Notes under the pieces: model-generated | Told to the model about the DNA's origin: nothing | The model's input: the letters and a program-made list of their open reading frames with translations, nothing else | Database searches by the model: none | Assembly (NCBI GenBank): GCA_965215365.1 | Contig: CBDCDS010000003.1 | Location: 2,336,001 to 2,400,000, forward strand | Direction: 5' to 3' | Source: Gammaproteobacteria bacterium | Lineage (GTDB): Bacteria; Pseudomonadota; Gammaproteobacteria; Eutrophobiales; Eutrophobiaceae | Length of the DNA stretch: 64,000 bases | Position numbers and translations under genes: made by a program | Part shown: in pieces, positions 9,970 to 20,045 of the stretch | How the letters are laid out: every line of letters starts with the position of its first letter | Position numbering within the stretch: the stretch's first letter is position 1

Positions 9970-11133
9970 GTGAAAATTACCATCAGACAGACGGACCGCC
10001 TGGAGCACATAGACCGCAGCGCGTGGGACCGATTGGACTATGGCGGCAACCCTTTTCTGCGCTACGACTTCCTGCACGGGCTGGAGCGTTGCAAGTGCCT
10101 AGAGGGACATGGCTGGCAGCCCTGCCACCTGCTGGCGAAGACTGCGGATGCGCGTCTGGTCGCCGCCATGCCGCTTTATCTCAGGGACAACTCGCACGGG
10201 GAGTTTGTGTTCGACTGGACCTGGGCCGACGCATACCAACGGGCCGGCGGCAACTATTATCCCAAGCTGGTAGCGGCTATTCCGTTTACTCCGGTACGCG
10301 GCCCGCGTATTCTTATCGACCGCAGCGCCGCTAACCGGCGCGGTCTTAAAACGTTGATGGTGCAGGCGGCGGCGCAACTGGCGCAGCGCTCAGGCCTGTC
10401 CTCATTCCATTGCCTGTTCACAGAGGAAGACGACCTGGAGCTGTTCGCCGACAATGAGCTGTTACCGCGCCGCACCTGCCAGTTCCACTGGCATAATCGT
10501 GATTACGAGGATTTCAACGACTTCCTGTGCCGCCTGACCTCAAAGCGACGCAAACAGATCAAGCGCGAACGCCGGGCGGTACGGGCTGAGCAGGTGGAAA
10601 TTTTGCGTCTGGGCGGCGCCGACATCAGTGAGGAACAATGGGCGGTATTCTACGAATTTTACTGCAATACCTTCTACCAGCGCTGGGGCAGCCCGCGCCT
10701 GACCCTGGACTTCTTTCACCACCTCAGCGCAACCATGCCGGACAACACCTTGCTGATCCTGGCCAGACAGGGCCGGCAATATGTCGCCGGGGCTTTTGCC
10801 ATGCTCAGCGATACCACCTTGTACGGGCGCCATTGGGGCTGCAACCGCTACCTGGCCAACCTGCATTTTGAACTGTGCTACTACCAGACCATCGAGCATT
10901 GCCTGCAACAGCGGCTGGCCTCGGTCGATGCCGGGGTGCAGGGGGAACACAAGCTAACGCGCGGCTTTGAGCCGCAGCTGGCACTGTCCGGCCACTGGCT
11001 CCGGCACCCGCGCTTCCGGCTGGCCATCGATGACTTCCTGCAACGGGAAACTGCGCAGTTGGATACATACATCAAGGCTTTGAAAACCCACCTGCCGTTC
11101 AAGGAGCCGGATAGCGGCACTCTTCCCATTTAA
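9970..11133 (+). CDS. FemAB-like GNAT protein (DUF482)
   Basis: HGEFVFDWTWADAY..AG..YYPKL, LYGRHWG, LHFELCYYQ, QGEHKL.RGF. Confidence 0.92.
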   Translation: MKITIRQTDRLEHIDRSAWDRLDYGGNPFLRYDFLHGLERCKCLEGHGWQPCHLLAKTADARLVAAMPLYLRDNSHGEFVFDWTWADAYQRAGGNYYPKLVAAIPFTPVRGPRILIDRSAANRRGLKTLMVQAAAQLAQRSGLSSFHCLFTEEDDLELFADNELLPRRTCQFHWHNRDYEDFNDFLCRLTSKRRKQIKRERRAVRAEQVEILRLGGADISEEQWAVFYEFYCNTFYQRWGSPRLTLDFFHHLSATMPDNTLLILARQGRQYVAGAFAMLSDTTLYGRHWGCNRYLANLHFELCYYQTIEHCLQQRLASVDAGVQGEHKLTRGFEPQLALSGHWLRHPRFRLAIDDFLQRETAQLDTYIKALKTHLPFKEPDSGTLPI

Positions 11134-11144
11134 TTCCGACCGGT

Positions 11145-12296
11145 TCAGATCTCGCCAGCGCCGTCCCCTGCCTCCCAATACGCCACTGCGTCGGGTATCT
11201 GCGCCTCGTTCTGTGCGTGCCGGTAGTTCGAGGAAGCGGGGTAGGCGTGACGGCGCAGGCGATTCAGTTGGCCCAGGGGGCGGTGTGCCGGTAGGGCATG
11301 CCAGGGAGCAAATGCCAGATTTTCACAGAATTGCGCCTGTTCATCACCGGAGAAGTCCTGCCGGGGAATGCTGAGGGTCGCCAGCGGCATAAACGGCGCC
11401 TCCTGTTGCGGCCAGGCCCGGGTGGCGTCGTCCAGGGACATCGCTCGCGCAGCCGCGTCCTGCACCTGCACCTGGAAGATGAAGCAGGCGCCGGTGTGCG
11501 CCAGTTGCGCCCGTAGTTGCTTCCTTAAAAAATCAGCCCCGGACGAATCAGCCCCAAAGGAATGAGTACCAGAGGAATGGGCGCCAGTGTCAACAATGGC
11601 TGACCCCTGCACCGGGCGGGCGTGACAGGGACGCGCGGCAAATTTGATATTGTGCGGACCCAGCTTGTAAGGCGTTATACTGAAATATACCGGGTCCAAC
11701 ACACTCGCTGGCGCTGGCGACAGCACCTGTTTCCCGGCAAATACCTCCCTTATGCGCCACTTGAACGGATTTAAGCCAGGGAAGAAAAAACTCTTCAGGT
11801 CTTCCGGGTTGGCGATAAAGCTGTTGTAATCGGGCATGTTCCTGACAAAAAACACGGGCGTGTTGGCCATCAGGAAGTCTTGCACGGGGCCGTTGACACC
11901 GTCCTGTTCAAGCGGTTCCCCGTCTATCTCCAACAGCTTGAGCGCCATGCCCCGGGCGTCGTTTTTGTGGTCAGGGCTGGCCCGCAAGTCGTAATGGCCG
12001 TTGGAAAACCGCACCCAGGCCCGGTAGCGCCGGCCCGGTTCGGCAAATATGCCATGACGAAACTCACCGCGCAGGTCAGGCAGCACATCAAAATACGCGC
12101 GCACACAGGCATGGGCCTTGGCGTGGGCGCCGCGCGCCACATACTCGGCGCGGTAGGCCTCCACCAGCTTTTCAAAGCTGGCGCGGGTAGCCTCGCCCTG
12201 CCCCACCTCGTCGTCGCGCAACAGCTCCTGACTATGGTCAACCCGGGTGCAGGCAACCACCAGGCAGACGGCCAGCAGTGTCAACAATAGCTTCAT
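11145..12296 (-). CDS. Catalase-fold haem lipoprotein (mini-catalase / allene-oxide-synthase-like)
   Basis: Lipobox VVAC; distal RGAHAK; VRFSNG; DARGMALK; QDFLMAN; proximal NRLRRHAY. Confidence 0.85.
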   Translation of the reverse strand: MKLLLTLLAVCLVVACTRVDHSQELLRDDEVGQGEATRASFEKLVEAYRAEYVARGAHAKAHACVRAYFDVLPDLRGEFRHGIFAEPGRRYRAWVRFSNGHYDLRASPDHKNDARGMALKLLEIDGEPLEQDGVNGPVQDFLMANTPVFFVRNMPDYNSFIANPEDLKSFFFPGLNPFKWRIREVFAGKQVLSPAPASVLDPVYFSITPYKLGPHNIKFAARPCHARPVQGSAIVDTGAHSSGTHSFGADSSGADFLRKQLRAQLAHTGACFIFQVQVQDAAARAMSLDDATRAWPQQEAPFMPLATLSIPRQDFSGDEQAQFCENLAFAPWHALPAHRPLGQLNRLRRHAYPASSNYRHAQNEAQIPDAVAYWEAGDGAGEI

Positions 12297-12402
12297 CTAC
12301 CGCGCTCACAGAGTGAACCAGGCCGCTCGTCATTGCGGGCCCTGTCTCGAGACCAGCCCGGAATCCAGTAGGCAACAAGACTCATCACAAGAGATACTCG
12401 CC

Positions 12403-14136
12403 TTAAAGACTCTTCATATATTCCACCAAGGCCCGGAGCTCCCCCTCGCCCAGCGTTGGCAGGCCGTCTCCCCCGGTACCGTATTCGTGACCGGCATTGC
12501 TGTTGCCCGGCAGGCGGGTATCGAACAGGAACGCGCCAGGGGCGGGGGCGCTGACATAGCCGACCTTGACCGGATCGTATTCCCAAGAACCGATATGGAA
12601 GGTCTTGCTGCGTTCGACAGCAGGCAGCAGCAGCTCGTACAGGTTGGGCACCGAGCCGTTGTGCAGGTAGGGCGCGGCGCTCCAGATACCATTCAGCGGG
12701 CGCGCCTTGTAGGCCAGCAGCGCGCGGTCGGAGACTTCCTCGCCGCGTGCGAGGATTTCTCCGTCCAGGTATTTAGGTGGGTGGATCACTTCGGGGTGAC
12801 CCAGTTTTTTTGCGTCCCGAATCGCCAGCAGGCTTTGTAACGGATTGTTCCTGAGCACGCCACCCATGAGGTTATTGGCAACAAACAGAGCCGGCTCCTC
12901 AGCGCCCATGCTGGAGCCGACCAGATAGAAGCGCGGCTTGCCCTCGAAGATGCCCGTTTTTCCGCGCATTTCGAGGACGTTACGCGCCATTTTCGGGTCA
13001 GTTCCCAATTTTTCCAGGCTGCTCATACGCACCTTGATACGGCGTTGCGGATCGGTGCGGTCGATATCCTGGTGGCAGCTCAGGCAGTACTGCTGGTACA
13101 ACACGCGCCCGCGCGCCGCCTGCTCCGGGTCGATGGCCGGGAAAATATCCGGCCATTGCGGGGAATGCAATTCGGCCACTTTCTTTTCCACCGCGCGCAG
13201 GTTGCTGGTATGCACCGTCGAGGGATAACCGGCGTCATAGAAATACAACCAGGTCGCAGGAGTCGTTTGCACCCGGCCATACACGCCTATTACCTCACCG
13301 ATGTTACGCGCCAGCGCGCCGATATGGGAGTTGGACTGCGACCCGTTCCATTCCACATAGTCATGCTGGGGCGTATCCCACAGGTAAGGATAACTGGTGG
13401 GGGCGTCCGGTGCATTGAAATTGTCGCTAACGCCGGTCAGCGACAAGCCCTTGTTGAGGATGGCGCCAAAGGCATCGAGGCGCGAGTAGCCGTAGGCCAC
13501 CGGGCTGTGGTTGCGACGATTATTGTCGCTGATGCGGGCCAGGTCTTCCTGTAACAGGGTCTTGAGCGCCAGAATTTCCTGCGTCGAGGCGCGTTCCCCA
13601 TGGTAGCGTCGGCCCAGCCTGGTCAACTTGCCACTGTCATTGATGGCCGCCGCAAGGGACTGCTCCAGGTGCTGCAGGAATAGCGGCAGATCCAGCATGG
13701 CCTGACCGCCGTCGATACGCAACAGCTTGCCGTCATAACGAATATGCTGAGTATGGCAGGCGGCGCAGGTCAGGCCCACATTGTCCCCATCACGGGCAAA
13801 ACCAATGGGTAAGGCGTCCGGGTTGGCACCCGACTTTACCCCCGGCAGGAAGCCGAAGCGCATCATGTTCAAGGGCTCATGCAACAATTCCCGGCTGTCG
13901 TGCCGTTCCAGGTGCAGGAACAGGTCGTAGGACAACAGGTTGGAACCCTGGTTGAGGTGGTAGAACCATTGCCGGTCGCGCGCATCCCAGTTCTGCTCCA
14001 AAAAGACGATGTGGTCGGGGTGCAAGGCCTGCTCGTCCTGCAAGGCGCTGCGCGCCGGGGCTGGCGCGGTCAGGCTGAATAATGACAATGCCAGTAGTAT
14101 TGCCGGCGCCCGCATTGTGTACCGGATGTTACGCAT
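12403..14136 (-). CDS. Exported di-haem cytochrome c (RoxA/MauG/peroxidase-like)
   Basis: Signal peptide; CAACH and CLSCH haem motifs; YKARPLNGIW..APYLHNGSVPNLYELL; C-terminal NAGHEYG. Confidence 0.88.
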   Translation of the reverse strand: MRNIRYTMRAPAILLALSLFSLTAPAPARSALQDEQALHPDHIVFLEQNWDARDRQWFYHLNQGSNLLSYDLFLHLERHDSRELLHEPLNMMRFGFLPGVKSGANPDALPIGFARDGDNVGLTCAACHTQHIRYDGKLLRIDGGQAMLDLPLFLQHLEQSLAAAINDSGKLTRLGRRYHGERASTQEILALKTLLQEDLARISDNNRRNHSPVAYGYSRLDAFGAILNKGLSLTGVSDNFNAPDAPTSYPYLWDTPQHDYVEWNGSQSNSHIGALARNIGEVIGVYGRVQTTPATWLYFYDAGYPSTVHTSNLRAVEKKVAELHSPQWPDIFPAIDPEQAARGRVLYQQYCLSCHQDIDRTDPQRRIKVRMSSLEKLGTDPKMARNVLEMRGKTGIFEGKPRFYLVGSSMGAEEPALFVANNLMGGVLRNNPLQSLLAIRDAKKLGHPEVIHPPKYLDGEILARGEEVSDRALLAYKARPLNGIWSAAPYLHNGSVPNLYELLLPAVERSKTFHIGSWEYDPVKVGYVSAPAPGAFLFDTRLPGNSNAGHEYGTGGDGLPTLGEGELRALVEYMKSL

Positions 14137-14145
14137 AAGGCGTTC

Positions 14146-15570
14146 CTAATCAATCGACAGCAAGGTATTTAACAGATTATCCCGAAAACTGATATTGCCG
14201 GTCAAGCTGTCGTGTTGTTCACACAGCAGGAATGCGTGATGCAACGGAAAGAAACTGTATTGATGGCGCGGAACGCTGGGGTCCAGGGTATCCCGACCCA
14301 GCAGCGAGGCCTTGGTGACGGCACCATCGCCGGGTTCCAGCAACAGGGCGTCATAGTCCACCCCGGGTACGGGTTGGGTGACTTCATCGGGGTACAGGCG
14401 AATTTCCGAAATGCCGTCCACTTCCTCGACCAGGATGCGGGCCGGGGTCAGGGTGCAGTCGCCGCCGAAGACAATCAATTTGGGATGCTCGTCCGGCAGC
14501 GGCACGGTCAGCGACCAGACGAAACGCCGGGCGCGCGCCAGCGACTTTTCAAAATACAGCTCCAGGGTATCGAGATAAACCTCGCCGGCAGCGGCAGACT
14601 CAAAGCGGGACAGAATGCGGGCGCGGGTATCCTCGGCAAAGATCGACCAGCCGAAGCGGCGCCAGGTGTCCACATCGAAAATATCGCGCGCCAGCGGCGC
14701 GCCGGTGGCGGTCACGATCCAGTTATTGAGGGGGTGCGGCAATAGCTGGTACATGCTCGGCATGGTCACCAGCAGTTCCGTGCCGATCTTGCGAAAACCG
14801 ACCTGTATGCCGTCGATGAACGAGTTCAGTATTTTCACCGAACCCAGGTTGGGCGTACCCAGCAGGATGACGCGCCGCACCCGCTCGCCGCCGTACATAT
14901 TCACCGGAAAGTCATTGTCATCTAGCACATCGGTGCGCCCGTAGCGGATGTAGTAACGGGCAATCAAGCCGCCCATGCTGTGCGCAACGAGGTCCACTTT
15001 CAGCTCTGGGTCGCCGAAGTCCAGCCGGATGCGGTCGATGAAATCTGCCAGCCGCGCGGCATTGTGCGCGTTATCCAGGCGCCAGTCATAGTAGAACGGG
15101 TAGTAATACCTGGTGGCGGCGCGCACGGTCTGGCCGGGCGCTGCCGGTTGATAGCCGCCCACCTCCTCCAGGGTGCGCATAACGTTGCCGTAATAGTCCT
15201 TGCCGGCAGTGTTATCGGCAATGGCAAATGGCTTGAGCGAACCGGCCTGCGGCTCCAGCGTGTCCGGGTCGATGGTCAGGGCCAGCTCTGCATGGTCGTG
15301 GAACAACAGTCGCCACAGCGGGCCGAACCAAAGCTCCTGATCGGTGTTCTCATCCTTGAGTTTACTGCCTAAGATGCCGTGGATGAATACTACCGGCGGT
15401 TGGTTCTCCACCGTCCTGCTCTGCAGGTACAGGCGTTGCAGATCAGGCTTGGCCGAACTGGTGAACCAGTAGTTGCCGAGCAAAGCCAGCAACGCGCCAA
15501 GCGCAATATAGAGCAGACGTTTCAAGCTGTGAACCTGTGTTTTCGATGTGTTTTTTTTACATAATAGCAT
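14146..15570 (-). CDS. LCAT/phospholipase A-like alpha/beta hydrolase with N-terminal membrane anchor
   Basis: VFIHGILGSKL, YDWRLDN, AHSMGG nucleophile elbow, LGTPNLGS, GDGAV. Confidence 0.85.
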   Translation of the reverse strand: MLLCKKNTSKTQVHSLKRLLYIALGALLALLGNYWFTSSAKPDLQRLYLQSRTVENQPPVVFIHGILGSKLKDENTDQELWFGPLWRLLFHDHAELALTIDPDTLEPQAGSLKPFAIADNTAGKDYYGNVMRTLEEVGGYQPAAPGQTVRAATRYYYPFYYDWRLDNAHNAARLADFIDRIRLDFGDPELKVDLVAHSMGGLIARYYIRYGRTDVLDDNDFPVNMYGGERVRRVILLGTPNLGSVKILNSFIDGIQVGFRKIGTELLVTMPSMYQLLPHPLNNWIVTATGAPLARDIFDVDTWRRFGWSIFAEDTRARILSRFESAAAGEVYLDTLELYFEKSLARARRFVWSLTVPLPDEHPKLIVFGGDCTLTPARILVEEVDGISEIRLYPDEVTQPVPGVDYDALLLEPGDGAVTKASLLGRDTLDPSVPRHQYSFFPLHHAFLLCEQHDSLTGNISFRDNLLNTLLSID

Positions 15571-15620
15571 TGTTGCCGATGGACTGGCTTTTTTCCGGGT
15601 AAAGGTATATCTTGTGAGAT

Positions 15621-16559
15621 ATGCGGGCTAAATTTCACCGTAGCGCCAAATTCGTCAGTGCGCTAGCGCTGTTGCTGTGCTGTCAGGCTTGCGCGCCGCA
15701 GCGGGAAGTTGTCGCGCCTTTCGACATGGCGACGCATTCCAGAACTGTGGCAGTGAACGGCCTGGAATTCCCGGTCACCGTATACGGGGACGGGCCGGCC
15801 GTGGTGTTCCTGCACGGTTTCCCGGATTCCCGCGCAGTCTGGCGCTACCAGATACAGGCGGTGGCCGATGCCGGCTACCGGGTGATCGTCCCGGACCAGC
15901 GCGGGTTCGGCAACGCCAGCCGGCCGCAGGGCGAGGAACATTATCGCATCGACCTGCTGGCGGCGGACATTATCGGCATCATGGATGAACTGGGCATTGC
16001 GCGGGCGCGGCTGGTCGGTCATGACTTCGGCGCCGGGCTGGCCTGGTTCATGGCGGCGCATACCCCGGAACGCTTTGAACAGCTGGTAGTCATGTCGGTG
16101 GGCTCCTCGGGCAACCCCGGTTGGGATACCATCGAGCAGCGGGAAGCATCCTGGTATTTTGACTTCTTCAACAAGACCGGGATCGCGGAAACCGCGCTGC
16201 AAGCGCAGGACTGGGACTTCTTCCGACGCCTCACCCGCCACAGCGGCGACCAGCAACACTTTATCCGCGACCTGTCCCGTCCCGGCGCGCTGACTGCGGC
16301 GCTGAACTGGTACCGCGCCAATACCCGCGGCTGGGGCGGCCTGCACGGCGGTCTTAACTATCCACTGATCGATATGCCGGTGATGGGCATCTGGAGCAGC
16401 GGCGACCCGTTCCTCAAGGAACCGCAGATGCAGCAATCCGCCATCAATGTCGCCAGCCGCTGGCGCTATGAGCGCATTGAGGATGCCGGACACTGGTTTA
16501 TGCTGGAGGAACCGGCGGCGGTGAACCGCCTGCTGGTGGAGTTCTTTGGAAGTTTTTAA
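15621..16559 (+). CDS. Epoxide-hydrolase-like alpha/beta hydrolase, probable lipoprotein
   Basis: LHGFPD, PDQRGFG, GHDFGA (Asp nucleophile), LNWYRAN, AGHW; start ATG lies in a MITE-A end. Confidence 0.88.
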   Translation: MRAKFHRSAKFVSALALLLCCQACAPQREVVAPFDMATHSRTVAVNGLEFPVTVYGDGPAVVFLHGFPDSRAVWRYQIQAVADAGYRVIVPDQRGFGNASRPQGEEHYRIDLLAADIIGIMDELGIARARLVGHDFGAGLAWFMAAHTPERFEQLVVMSVGSSGNPGWDTIEQREASWYFDFFNKTGIAETALQAQDWDFFRRLTRHSGDQQHFIRDLSRPGALTAALNWYRANTRGWGGLHGGLNYPLIDMPVMGIWSSGDPFLKEPQMQQSAINVASRWRYERIEDAGHWFMLEEPAAVNRLLVEFFGSF

Positions 16560-17229
16560 CGCCGGCCAGTTCTACTGGGTTGCGGACAACGTCATTGCCG
16601 CGGATTTCCCGGAGGTCTCCTCGGCGTTGCGTAACCCGGACGGGTTGCTGGCAATCGGCGGCAATCTGGCAGCGGCCACGCTGTTGAATGCCTACCGGCG
16701 CGGTATTTTTCCCTGGTATAGTGAAGGACAGCCGCTACTGTGGTGGTCGCCGGACCCGCGCTGCGTACTGGAGCCGGAGCAGCTCCACATCAACCGCAGC
16801 CTGGCCCGGACGCTGAAACGCAATATCTTCAAGGTTTCCTTCAATCAGGCCTTTGCCGATGTGGTGCGCGGCTGCTCAGCCCCGCGCGGCGACGATACCG
16901 GCAGCTGGATAACCACCGCCATGGCCGCGGCCTACCTCAAGCTGCATCACCTGGGTCATGCGCTGTCCTGCGAATGCTGGCACGAAGGCGAGCTGGCGGG
17001 CGGACTCTACGGCGTGGTCATCGGCAAGGTATTTTTCGGCGAGTCCATGTTCAGCCGCAAGCCCGACGCCTCCAAGGTGGCGCTGGTGCGTCTGGCACAG
17101 CTGCTGCGCCAACGCCACTTCCGCCTGATCGACTGCCAGATACATTCCCCACACCTAGAACGCCTGGGCGCAAAGTCCATGCCACGCGACGACTTTGTGG
17201 GCATCCTCAAACACTATTGTTCCCGCTGA
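16546..17229 (+). CDS. aat: Leucyl/phenylalanyl-tRNA--protein transferase
   Basis: PDGLLAIGG.L, AYRRGIFPW, WWSPDPR, FFGESMFS, ASKVAL. Confidence 0.95.
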   Translation: MEVFNAGQFYWVADNVIAADFPEVSSALRNPDGLLAIGGNLAAATLLNAYRRGIFPWYSEGQPLLWWSPDPRCVLEPEQLHINRSLARTLKRNIFKVSFNQAFADVVRGCSAPRGDDTGSWITTAMAAAYLKLHHLGHALSCECWHEGELAGGLYGVVIGKVFFGESMFSRKPDASKVALVRLAQLLRQRHFRLIDCQIHSPHLERLGAKSMPRDDFVGILKHYCSR

Positions 17230-17307
17230 CCCCACAGAGGCGCCTCAGACAGGTGGGAATGGCTGCTATTTGTGGTATTGAGCGGATTTTTACGCCATAA
17301 TCCTGCA

Positions 17308-17346
17308 GGAACCTCCAAAAATGCCCTCCGTAGCATTTTTGGGGGC
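17308..17346. repeat. MITE-B remnant upstream of infA
   Basis: GGAACCTCCAAAAATGCCCTCCGTAGCATTTTTGGGGG. Confidence 0.6.
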
Positions 17347-17369
17347 GTTACTCACAACCGCGAGGAGCC

Positions 17370-17588
17370 ATGCCGAAAGAAGACCAGATAGAAATGGAGG
17401 GGACTATTATCGAAACCCTCCCCAATACCATGTTCAGGGTGGAACTGGATAGCGGGCATATCATCACTGCCCACATTTCCGGGAAAATGCGCAAGAATTA
17501 CATCCGCATCCTCACCGGCGACCGCGTCACCGTAGAAATGACCCCTTACGATTTGTCCAAGGGCCGGATTACCTACCGGAACAGGTAG
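17370..17588 (+). CDS. infA: Translation initiation factor IF-1
   Basis: KEDQIEMEG...[10 protein letters not shown]...[16 protein letters not shown]; GAGGAG SD. Confidence 0.99.
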   Translation: MPKEDQIEMEGTIIETLPNTMFRVELDSGHIITAHISGKMRKNYIRILTGDRVTVEMTPYDLSKGRITYRNR

Positions 17589-18313
17589 TTGGCCCGTGCC
17601 ACATCCTCCGGCGTATTAATCTCCAGACCCGGCTCTGCTGCCGCCTGTTCTAGGTGGATGCGGTAGCCGTGGTACAGCGCGCGTAACTGTTCTAAGCGTT
17701 CGCTCAGTTCCAGCGCCGGCGCCGGCAGCCTCGTATAGGTCTCAAGAAAGTCACCGCGGTAGGCGTAGATGCCGATATGCCGGTAGCCGCACGCGGGCGC
17801 CGGCGCGTCGGGCGGGCGCCAGGGGATGGCGGCGCGACTGAACGTCAGGGCATAGCCGCGGGCGTCCGTCACCACTTTTACACAGTTGGGGTTGTGCAGC
17901 TCCTGCGCTGAGCGGAACGGCGCATAGAGGCTGGCCATGGCGGCGTCGGGATGCCGGGCCAGATTGCCGGCGACCTGATCGATCAGCACCGGCGCCAGCC
18001 CAAGCTCATCGCCTTGCACATTGACGATGAGGGTGGCGGCGGGTAATTGCAGGCCGGCGACGGCCTCGGCAATACGCTCGGTACCGGATTGGTGTGAGGT
18101 CGAGGTCATCACCACCCTGGCGTCGAAACCCTGCGCTGCGCGCGCAATGCGCGCATCATCAGTGGCGATAATAACCTCCGCCGCCTTGCTGTTGGCGGCC
18201 GCCTGATAGACATGTTGCAGCAGCGGCCGGCCGTCGAACTCGAGCAACGGCTTGCCCGGCAGCCGTTTGGAGGCATACCTGGCCGGGATGACCACCAGGA
18301 ACCGCGATTTCAC
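17573..18313 (-). CDS. kdsB: 3-deoxy-manno-octulosonate cytidylyltransferase
   Basis: [42 protein letters not shown]. Confidence 0.96.
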   Translation of the reverse strand: MKSRFLVVIPARYASKRLPGKPLLEFDGRPLLQHVYQAAANSKAAEVIIATDDARIARAAQGFDARVVMTSTSHQSGTERIAEAVAGLQLPAATLIVNVQGDELGLAPVLIDQVAGNLARHPDAAMASLYAPFRSAQELHNPNCVKVVTDARGYALTFSRAAIPWRPPDAPAPACGYRHIGIYAYRGDFLETYTRLPAPALELSERLEQLRALYHGYRIHLEQAAAEPGLEINTPEDVARANYLFR

Positions 18314-18501
18314 TGTCGGTAATGATCCACTTCGGCCTGGCTCAACGGGCGCGCGTCACTCTCCAGCATGACGGGAATATCGTCGCGGATCGGGTAGGCC
18401 AGCCGAGCGCTGACGGAAACCAGTTCCTGTTGCTCCCGAGCGTAGATCAACGGCCCCTTGGTCACCGGGCACACCAGTATTTCCAGCAGGTTCTTATCCA
18501 T
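18310..18501 (-). CDS. ycaR: Trm112-family protein
   Basis: [14 protein letters not shown]...[12 protein letters not shown]; lpxK-ycaR-kdsB synteny. Confidence 0.95.
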   Translation of the reverse strand: MDKNLLEILVCPVTKGPLIYAREQQELVSVSARLAYPIRDDIPVMLESDARPLSQAEVDHYRQ

Positions 18502-19489
18502 GGTTTATGTTCTCAACCAGTTGCATGAATTTTTTTTCAAATGCCATCGACAAGGTGGCATCTATCGGCACATACCAGGCGTTGTCAAGCCGGAAGCGCC
18601 GGCATTTCACCGCGTCTTTTTCCGTCATCAGTATGGCGGCACCGTCGCCAAATTCAAGTTCAGCGCGCCGGAAACCGTGATGGTCGGGAAACGCGTGCGC
18701 CTCAATATCGATACCGTTACGGCGCAACAGGGTGAAAAACCGCTCGGGGTTGCCGAGCGCCGCCACCGCATGCACCCGCTGCTGCCGAAACCCGCCCAGT
18801 TCCCGGTTGCGACTACCGTCTAAGGACCTCACCGGCAGTTCGGTATATTCCATCAGATACTCACCGGCCGCGGCGCAGCCATTGGCAACGACCAGGTCCA
18901 CCGTATTTAGGCGCGCGCGCGGTTCGCGTAACGGCCCGGCGGGCAGGCAACGGCCATTGCCGAAGCGGCGCGCGCCATCGACGACTACGATTTCCACATC
19001 CCGGGCCAGTGCGCTATGCTGCAAGCCGTCATCACAGAGCAGGATGTCGCAATCCGTCTGCCGCAACAGCGCCTGCGCGGCGCGCACCCGCTTTGGCGCC
19101 ACCACCACCGGGCAGCCGGTACGCTGCGCCAGCAACACCGGCTCATCACCGACCAGGGCCGGGTCGCTGTCTGCCTCGACCCGTAGTGCCGGCGCCGGCG
19201 CCGACACCGCGCCGCCATAACCGCGGCTGACAATACCGGGCCGGTACGACCGGGCTTGCAGGCGCCGGGCCAGCCAGATAACCAACGGGGTCTTGCCGGT
19301 CGCGCCGACCGTCAGGTTGCCTACCACGATCACCGGCACGGCCAGTCTGGTCACCGGCAGGATGCCGCGCGCATACAGCAACCGACGGCATGCCAGCGCC
19401 AGCAGATATAACCCGCTCAACGGTGCCAGCAACAATGCCAGGGGATGCCCTGCATACCACATTCTTTCCAGGCGTAAACGCAGCGACAT
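18494..19489 (-). CDS. lpxK: Tetraacyldisaccharide 4'-kinase
   Basis: [48 protein letters not shown]. Confidence 0.96.
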   Translation of the reverse strand: MSLRLRLERMWYAGHPLALLLAPLSGLYLLALACRRLLYARGILPVTRLAVPVIVVGNLTVGATGKTPLVIWLARRLQARSYRPGIVSRGYGGAVSAPAPALRVEADSDPALVGDEPVLLAQRTGCPVVVAPKRVRAAQALLRQTDCDILLCDDGLQHSALARDVEIVVVDGARRFGNGRCLPAGPLREPRARLNTVDLVVANGCAAAGEYLMEYTELPVRSLDGSRNRELGGFRQQRVHAVAALGNPERFFTLLRRNGIDIEAHAFPDHHGFRRAELEFGDGAAILMTEKDAVKCRRFRLDNAWYVPIDATLSMAFEKKFMQLVENINHG

Positions 19490-19625
19490 AAGGACGCTGC
19501 ACACCCCGCCAGTATGTAAGTTGTTGTTCGTCATACCGGACCGGGAGTGGCCGGTATCCGGTCACAGGAATGTAAACAGGCAGGGGCAGGTAAATTTACA
19601 TAGCAAAACACGGGGCGGCGCTGCC

Positions 19626-20045
19626 TCATTTTTCAGCCTGGATGCTGGTGGCAAATGTGATATTAACCAGACCGGCCTGCCTGGCGGCATCCATGACCTT
19701 GATCACGGCCTGGTGACTGACCGCGGCATCGGCCCGGATCACCACCGGCATAGCGCCCGCCGCGCCGGCCTGTTCCCGTAACGCCGCGCTGATAGCGGCC
19801 ACCCCGGCGCCGGCCAGGGGCTCAGCGCCGATATACACCTGTTCATTAGTATCGATATGCACCAGGATCAGGTCTTCCCGAGCCTGCAGCTGCTGTTCGG
19901 AGGCTTCCGGCAAGACCAGCTTGAGCTCTGACTCCTGTTCGAAGGTAGTGGAAACCATGAAGAAGATCAGCAATAAGAACACCACATCGATAAGTGGCGT
20001 GATATTCACGTCCGTTTCCCGGTAACGCTGCGCACGGAAGTTCAT
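19626..20045 (-). CDS. exbD: Biopolymer transport protein ExbD/TolR
   Basis: NITPLIDVVFLLLIFFMV, IRADA...V..VMDA. Confidence 0.92.
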   Translation of the reverse strand: MNFRAQRYRETDVNITPLIDVVFLLLIFFMVSTTFEQESELKLVLPEASEQQLQAREDLILVHIDTNEQVYIGAEPLAGAGVAAISAALREQAGAAGAMPVVIRADAAVSHQAVIKVMDAARQAGLVNITFATSIQAEK

